DNA of 64,000 nt from Candidatus Heimdallarchaeota archaeon (GTDB taxonomy: Archaea; Asgardarchaeota; Heimdallarchaeia; Hodarchaeales; Hodarchaeaceae). The stretch spans positions 128,001 to 192,000 of the forward strand of contig RDOB01000002.1 in NCBI GenBank assembly GCA_011364965.1. Reading direction: 5' to 3'. Below, piece after piece: positions 58,661 to 64,000 of this stretch. The notes below the pieces were generated by a model that ran no database searches, was not told where the DNA came from, and saw only the letters and a list, made by a program, of their open reading frames with translations. Position 1 is the stretch's first letter. Every line of letters starts with the position of its first letter. A program made the translations under genes and the position numbers.

Positions 58661-60919
58661 ATGGAAAATATAGCTAATTTACAATCAATTGGATCACTTG
58701 AAAATTTTGCCTTAAATAAAACTGAACAATTTTTAAAACCCCGAACACCTTTAGATTTTCTATTTTTAGTATTATGCATATTATGGTGGATAATTGCAGT
58801 TGTTTTTCCAAGTACCCCAATTTTTCGAGGTACAATATTTAGTTTTGCTATTGTTGTGTTTTTCCTGATCCCTATATACATTCTTTTTAATAAAGAAGGG
58901 CATACCATGGCTTCTCCCCTGAACCGTGCCTTCAAACTTCTATTATTTTATCTATTGATTAATTTCTTTATTCCCTCTTCTAATATTCCCAATTTTCTTC
59001 CTCCAAGTATTCCGATAACGTATGGTGAGATAGAAAGGACAATTGTATGTCTATTAATACCTCTCACTATGTTAATAAAAGCCTTTGCCCTGGATACTCT
59101 GCGAATTGGATATTTATTTTACATTCAAAGCATTATACGAGGTTTCTGGACTGCATTTATTATTTTGTTCATTATGAAGGGGATTCAACTCTTTATTCCT
59201 ACTCCTCTAATAAATTTCGATTTTGATCTCTTTCTGCTACTAGCTTTTGGATTATATTTATTTGGATCAGTGTTACCAGGAGTACCAAAACAAATATCTT
59301 TTGATGCTAGTTCATTCATTAACCAGTATCAGGCGTTACAAACAAGAATGGAAAGAATTCGTGACGCATTACTTACATCAGCAATTACTTTGTTAATTTT
59401 CTTGTGGTTACAATGGATTAATTTATCAAATCGGGAATTATTTCAATATATCGCTTTTATTTGTTTAGTTATGGGTATTTTATTAATATTTGCACCCAAA
59501 AAGAAAACACAGAATGGATTAAATTCACTCTTAAGTTCTCTTTCCCAAAAGGGAAATTTTATTGATCCAAAAAGTCAGCTTGGTTCCAAGGTACAAGAAT
59601 ATGCAAAAAGCATACAAGCAGTAGAATTTAATAAACCAAATCAAGTATATTCGATCCCTTCTGAATCCCTTAAGTTAATAAGTAAAGGTAAAACCTCAAT
59701 TAGCGCTAATAAAGGTACTTTAGCTGTTCCAACTGTAACAGATAAGGGAACAGCTCTGGTACTAATGGGAAAATCAGAAATGACAACTGAAGAAGGTGAA
59801 AAGGTGCTTGGAGAAACAACAACAATATGGCTTCCACCAGAGGAATGGGATAGAGTAAAAGTAAACTTACAGCCCAAAAAGATGGAAGAAATTCTTCAAA
59901 CTGACCTTAAAGAAGCTGGTCTTGAGAATTTTAATGATTTAGTCAATAAATCCAAACACGCTTTAGAGGAGTTAAAATCCTGGAAAGGGCCCGAAAATAT
60001 ATTTTCTTCCGTGCTCGATGCTCCCACCTCTAAGTACACCATTACTGAAACAAAAGATTATTCTTTAGTGCGATTACCTGGAATTTTTGTTTTTGAGGCC
60101 AAAGGAATTGAATTAGTTAATATTCTGGGGGGATTAGTTAAAGTTATTGAAGTTAAAGGCGTAGGAGAGTATGTTCAAATTCTGGGAGGACTCGTAACTG
60201 TTTTAGATACTCCTGATTACGAATTTGTGCAAACACCTTTTGTTTCTGTAATTGATACCCCACAGGGAGAAATGGTTAGGGTATTTGGAATTAATATTCA
60301 AGAAGGAGACAAAATTGATTTAATTAAAATGAGAGAAAAAATTTTACGGGATCAAGCTAGTTTTGATTCTTTATTCACGCAAAAAATTGATACTATATTT
60401 CAAGAAAATCCCCAAATTTTATTAACTGAATCCAAAGGAACGACTGAAGGGTTTCTATTTGGGCAAGACGAAATATTAGGTGATCTGGTGGAACGTTCAA
60501 AGAAAAGTAAGAAGAAAGACAAACAAGTGAGAGTTCCTCCAATTCCTCCAATTCCTCCAATTCCTCCAAAACCAATTAAGCCAGACAAATCTACAGTACT
60601 TGGAAAATTCCAATGGACTAATCAAATAGAAAAGGTTTCATCGGAGAGCATCAAGGAAATTTCCTATAAAAGAGATATATCCAATGACATCCATTTATTA
60701 GAAAGTGATGACAAGGATTCTGAAGCTCATCCTCAGATTATTGAACTTCAAGATGCAATTAAAAGAACTGAAACAATGATTGATAATGCAGATGAAAGAT
60801 TAATTTCAGGTGAAATTTCAGAAGAAAAACACACAGAAATAATAGATCGTTTAATTAAAAGGAAGAAGGATCTCGAGGAGCAAATTGAACGAATTAATGG
60901 AAGATTGAAATTGCTATAA
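58661..60919 (+). CDS. Multi-pass membrane protein with beta-repeat region, polyproline tract and C-terminal coiled coil
   Basis: About 8 N-terminal TM segments, repeated V.I(L)GG/P.V.V.E/D units, (PPI)n tract, C-terminal SGEISEEKH helical hairpin. Confidence 0.7.
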   Translation: MENIANLQSIGSLENFALNKTEQFLKPRTPLDFLFLVLCILWWIIAVVFPSTPIFRGTIFSFAIVVFFLIPIYILFNKEGHTMASPLNRAFKLLLFYLLINFFIPSSNIPNFLPPSIPITYGEIERTIVCLLIPLTMLIKAFALDTLRIGYLFYIQSIIRGFWTAFIILFIMKGIQLFIPTPLINFDFDLFLLLAFGLYLFGSVLPGVPKQISFDASSFINQYQALQTRMERIRDALLTSAITLLIFLWLQWINLSNRELFQYIAFICLVMGILLIFAPKKKTQNGLNSLLSSLSQKGNFIDPKSQLGSKVQEYAKSIQAVEFNKPNQVYSIPSESLKLISKGKTSISANKGTLAVPTVTDKGTALVLMGKSEMTTEEGEKVLGETTTIWLPPEEWDRVKVNLQPKKMEEILQTDLKEAGLENFNDLVNKSKHALEELKSWKGPENIFSSVLDAPTSKYTITETKDYSLVRLPGIFVFEAKGIELVNILGGLVKVIEVKGVGEYVQILGGLVTVLDTPDYEFVQTPFVSVIDTPQGEMVRVFGINIQEGDKIDLIKMREKILRDQASFDSLFTQKIDTIFQENPQILLTESKGTTEGFLFGQDEILGDLVERSKKSKKKDKQVRVPPIPPIPPIPPKPIKPDKSTVLGKFQWTNQIEKVSSESIKEISYKRDISNDIHLLESDDKDSEAHPQIIELQDAIKRTETMIDNADERLISGEISEEKHTEIIDRLIKRKKDLEEQIERINGRLKLL
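60534..60569 (+). repeat. 9-bp tandem repeat TTCCTCCAA x4 (encodes PPIPPIPPIPP)
   Basis: Four exact copies visible in the sequence. Confidence 0.95.
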
Positions 60920-60924
60920 TATTA

Positions 60925-62844
60925 TTAATCTTCCATTGGATTTAATGTTAGATTTAAACTTTCTATTAGGCTTTTAATCTTGTATTTAGCTTCCGCTGAG
61001 ACAAATTCTCCCTCCTTTTGCCTTAAAGATTTTATTCGATCTTGAATAGTTTTTTCTCGTTCTTTATCATTAATTTTCGGATTCAATTCGGTCCAATCTA
61101 ATAAAAAGGAAGCTGCACGCATGAAATAATCTAGTGATTTTGATTCTTCATTCTCGTTGAACGCTACAATCCCTGCATGGTGATACATTGTACTTGCTCT
61201 CCGAAAACTGATTCCTGCGTTGATTATGATCTTTTCTTGTTGTTCTTGCGCCTTCTGGTTTTTCAAATCATTTTCCAATCCTTTTGCTGCCTCCAAAAAG
61301 GCATATGCTGCTTTCTCGTACTGCTCGATCTGGAATAAGTTATTTGCATATTCAACATTAACAAAAACCATTTCAGAGGGTGAAAATTTTCCTTTTCTTA
61401 AATACTTTAACGCGTCTTCAAAAGAGCTTAATGCTGCACGAATTGCGTTATTTTTGTTTTCTAGCTTTCCTCGTTCAAATAATGTTAGACCTAATAGAGC
61501 TGAAGATTGTTCTGAAGATTCTTGTTTATAAAGGATTTCAAGAATTTTATTAAATAGCTTCAATGAGACATTTGGAGAATCAGAGTTTTTTGCTGTATCA
61601 AATAATGTTTTTGCTGCAAGAATGTTTTCATTTACATCAATGAAAATATTAATGGCAGTTAATAATAGTGAAAGCGCTTTTTCACTGTTTCCAAGTGAGA
61701 AGTATGCATTTGCTGCAAGTATTAAAGAGCGGGCCGTATCCTTCTCCCTTCCTGGTATTTTTTGAAGAAGATCGGCTGTTGTGATTCGTTGTTCAGCTGC
61801 TTTCCTAAGTAAACCTAATGCTAATGCTGGATTCTCGTTTTTTTCTTGGTCTGCTTGAGACGAAAGTTTACTTGAATAGATTGCAGAAACTTTTGCAGCT
61901 AAAGATATATCTGAAGATTTAGCAAGTTTTATTGCTTTTTCAAAATAGCTATTTGCTTCTTCACGTTTATTTTGTTCATGATAAGCAGTTGCTATTTCAT
62001 AATTCAATATTATTTGCGTTTTTGGATTTGTTAGCCAAAGTGATCCTGCTTGCATTAATTCTATTGCTTTATCAAATTCTTTTAGATAAGATGCAGCTTT
62101 TCCTGCCAAGAAAGAAGATTCTCCTGCTTTTTCGAGCTGTCTTACCTGTGCAAATAAATCAGCAGCTTTCTCAAAAGCTTCTTTTCCATCGTGAAAATTT
62201 CCACTTGCTAAAAAAATATTTCCAACTAACATGAAAGCTTCAGCTGAAGAATTATCATCAATGGTTTCCAAACGATTTGCTATCTTTAAAGCAGTCCAAA
62301 GCTGCTGTCTATCTTTTAGCTCTGTCCAAGCTTGCTTTGCAACTTCTAAGTCTCTTAATGCTTGTGAAATAGCATAATCTTCCCCTACATCCATTGAAAT
62401 TGATTTTGTTTCGATTTTTTCAGGCTCTCTTGACGATTTTGAAGCAATTTTATACCAAATATCTTCTGTTTTAAAGTTAGATTTTCTTTCCTTTAATATG
62501 TTTAAATATTCGTAAATATACATATTTAAATGCGTATTGATTAAATAGGAAGTTTCCTGATCCGAGATGAACGCTATGAAGAATACTCTTTCTTTTCCTC
62601 TTAATGAATGATCTTCCCAAGAATCAAACGCAACTCTGGCAACTGTTGTGTTACCAAGGCTTAACAGAGGCACAGTGAATTCCGTTCTTTGCGTATGACC
62701 GTGTTGTCCAAAAACAGTGACAGAGGCCAAATAAATTTGTAATGCTACTGATTCTGGGTCTTCTAAAGATGAATTAGGGTAAATTGAAATGATTTGGGGT
62801 CCAGATACTTCATCCCATTGAACTGCAAGTATTGATAAATCCAT
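60925..62844 (-). CDS. Longin/uDENN-like domain fused to TPR/SNAP-like alpha-solenoid
   Basis: N-terminal ILAVQWDEVSGPQIISIYP (uDENN-like FD..GP hairpin), then many A/G-rich helical repeats (FEKAADLF, YEKAAYAFLEAA). Confidence 0.7.
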   Translation of the reverse strand: MDLSILAVQWDEVSGPQIISIYPNSSLEDPESVALQIYLASVTVFGQHGHTQRTEFTVPLLSLGNTTVARVAFDSWEDHSLRGKERVFFIAFISDQETSYLINTHLNMYIYEYLNILKERKSNFKTEDIWYKIASKSSREPEKIETKSISMDVGEDYAISQALRDLEVAKQAWTELKDRQQLWTALKIANRLETIDDNSSAEAFMLVGNIFLASGNFHDGKEAFEKAADLFAQVRQLEKAGESSFLAGKAASYLKEFDKAIELMQAGSLWLTNPKTQIILNYEIATAYHEQNKREEANSYFEKAIKLAKSSDISLAAKVSAIYSSKLSSQADQEKNENPALALGLLRKAAEQRITTADLLQKIPGREKDTARSLILAANAYFSLGNSEKALSLLLTAINIFIDVNENILAAKTLFDTAKNSDSPNVSLKLFNKILEILYKQESSEQSSALLGLTLFERGKLENKNNAIRAALSSFEDALKYLRKGKFSPSEMVFVNVEYANNLFQIEQYEKAAYAFLEAAKGLENDLKNQKAQEQQEKIIINAGISFRRASTMYHHAGIVAFNENEESKSLDYFMRAASFLLDWTELNPKINDKEREKTIQDRIKSLRQKEGEFVSAEAKYKIKSLIESLNLTLNPMED

Positions 62845-62874
62845 TCTTGAAGTATAACTCTCTTCAATTGGCGT

Positions 62875-64000
62875 TTATAATATCTCCTTTTGTTTAGGTC
62901 GTTTTTGTCTAAGATCAATTATCTTTTTCTCTGAAGTCGATTTTCTATCAACTAAATGTAATTTTCCCTCATTTAATTCAATCGATGGAGCTAAAGGTGT
63001 AAAAGATTCCTTACTTTGTAATCTGATAACAATATTAGCTTCTTTATCTGTATCAAGGATTTCCCACTTCAATAGAAGACAGGTTTTTTCTGAGAAAATA
63101 GAGGGTTTTAGGTGCGGAGGGTCTACTAAAATGATATCGACATCTGAGGGAATTCGATCAGTGAATACTAATTTAGATTCGAGAGGATTTATGAACTTGT
63201 AATACCAAAGAAATTCATAATTTAATGATTCAATTACTGGCTGAGATACTTTCTCTATTCTAATGATCTCGTTATTGTATTCAATTTCATCAATATAATG
63301 TCGTGTTAGTGGTTTTTCTTTGAATGAATACTTTAAATGAAAGTTATCCCCAGGAGCAAGAGTTCTGAACATCCAGCGAAATAACGTACTATCATGAGTT
63401 GGGATCGTTACAGGTTTGATTTTTAATCCAGCTTCCATATTGTTAACAATAAGCTCTGGAGGTACTACATCTTCAATAAGTACCTCTCTGAATAGCTCAC
63501 CAGAAGTATTGACAAAATTTAATTCTGTAGTGAGGTTTTGATCTATTGAATAGTATGAGCTCAGCACTAAAACTTCAGCTCCTCGTCTTAGTATAATAGA
63601 ACGTTCAATTCGTTTTCTGAGAATATATTCAACCGATTTTGATTGACCTGGATTTAATTGACCAGATTTCCAAGTATAAACCAAACCTTCTTCTGTTTTC
63701 TTTCTCTCATCTAGGTTAAGATCTGATTTAATATCTATTACCTGCCATTGAAAAGGAATTGTGTTTACTATCTCTAAGTTTAGTAATTCCTGTTCAAATT
63801 CATTTTTTACATCTGTTTTCGCAATGTAATCCAAATCTAACGTATCATTCATTCTTAAATCTGCAGCAAAATCCTCGAGATTAGGATCTTCTCCAATTAT
63901 AGTGGTGGATTCTTCCTCTATAACATCATTTTCAACAACACTTAAAGTGAAATTTGGTTGAATAATTTTTAATTCACCAGAGGAGTCTTTCACCACAGCA
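62875..64000 (-). CDS. Protein with repeated Ig-like beta-sandwich modules; 5'-truncated by window edge
   Basis: Three repeats of N...I.D.IP....W....L.PG......Y. The frame is open to the window end. Confidence 0.6.
   Translation of the reverse strand, partial: AVVKDSSGELKIIQPNFTLSVVENDVIEEESTTIIGEDPNLEDFAADLRMNDTLDLDYIAKTDVKNEFEQELLNLEIVNTIPFQWQVIDIKSDLNLDERKKTEEGLVYTWKSGQLNPGQSKSVEYILRKRIERSIILRRGAEVLVLSSYYSIDQNLTTELNFVNTSGELFREVLIEDVVPPELIVNNMEAGLKIKPVTIPTHDSTLFRWMFRTLAPGDNFHLKYSFKEKPLTRHYIDEIEYNNEIIRIEKVSQPVIESLNYEFLWYYKFINPLESKLVFTDRIPSDVDIILVDPPHLKPSIFSEKTCLLLKWEILDTDKEANIVIRLQSKESFTPLAPSIELNEGKLHLVDRKSTSEKKIIDLRQKRPKQKEIL

Noticed and set aside
2154-62234. Many 60-117 aa ORFs nested in or antisense to long genes (e.g. 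3939-4202, 9434-9691, 18280-18600, 35173-35511, 42346-42666, 55238-55591, 58594-58935)
   Set aside because: They overlap well-supported genes, lack motifs and look like shadow ORFs.

Overview
AT-rich, gene-dense archaeal chromosomal segment, most consistent with an Asgard archaeon (Heimdallarchaeia/Hodarchaeales-like). This is inferred from five Ras-superfamily small GTPases, a longin/uDENN-TPR protein, a Roadblock-like protein and a family B polymerase carrying the motifs of the eukaryotic Pol epsilon catalytic domain. Housekeeping and metabolic content: group 3b [NiFe] sulfhydrogenase operon with its maturation protease, lpdA, uvrB/uvrC, porGDAB-type 2-oxoacid:ferredoxin oxidoreductase, two MFS transporters, Dpm1-like GT2, OCD/AlaDH, dUTPase, ornithine aminotransferase, Lrp and a MutY-like glycosylase. 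Best candidates for novel biology: (1) an smc-scpA locus with two divergent ScpB/KITE paralogues, a shortened SMC hinge and an interposed TrmB-HTH/long helical protein; (2) a single-module Pol epsilon-like enzyme with an extra Cys4 insertion and a C-terminal Zn finger; (3) a Roadblock-like + coiled-coil + tandem Q-to-E GTPase cluster; (4) a longin-TPR / Ig-repeat / polyproline membrane protein cluster; (5) three adjacent nuclease-less amino-methyltransferases plus an orphan DUF499 ATPase. No rRNA, tRNA, CRISPR array or transposase was recognised. All protein calls come from motif recognition by eye, not database searches.
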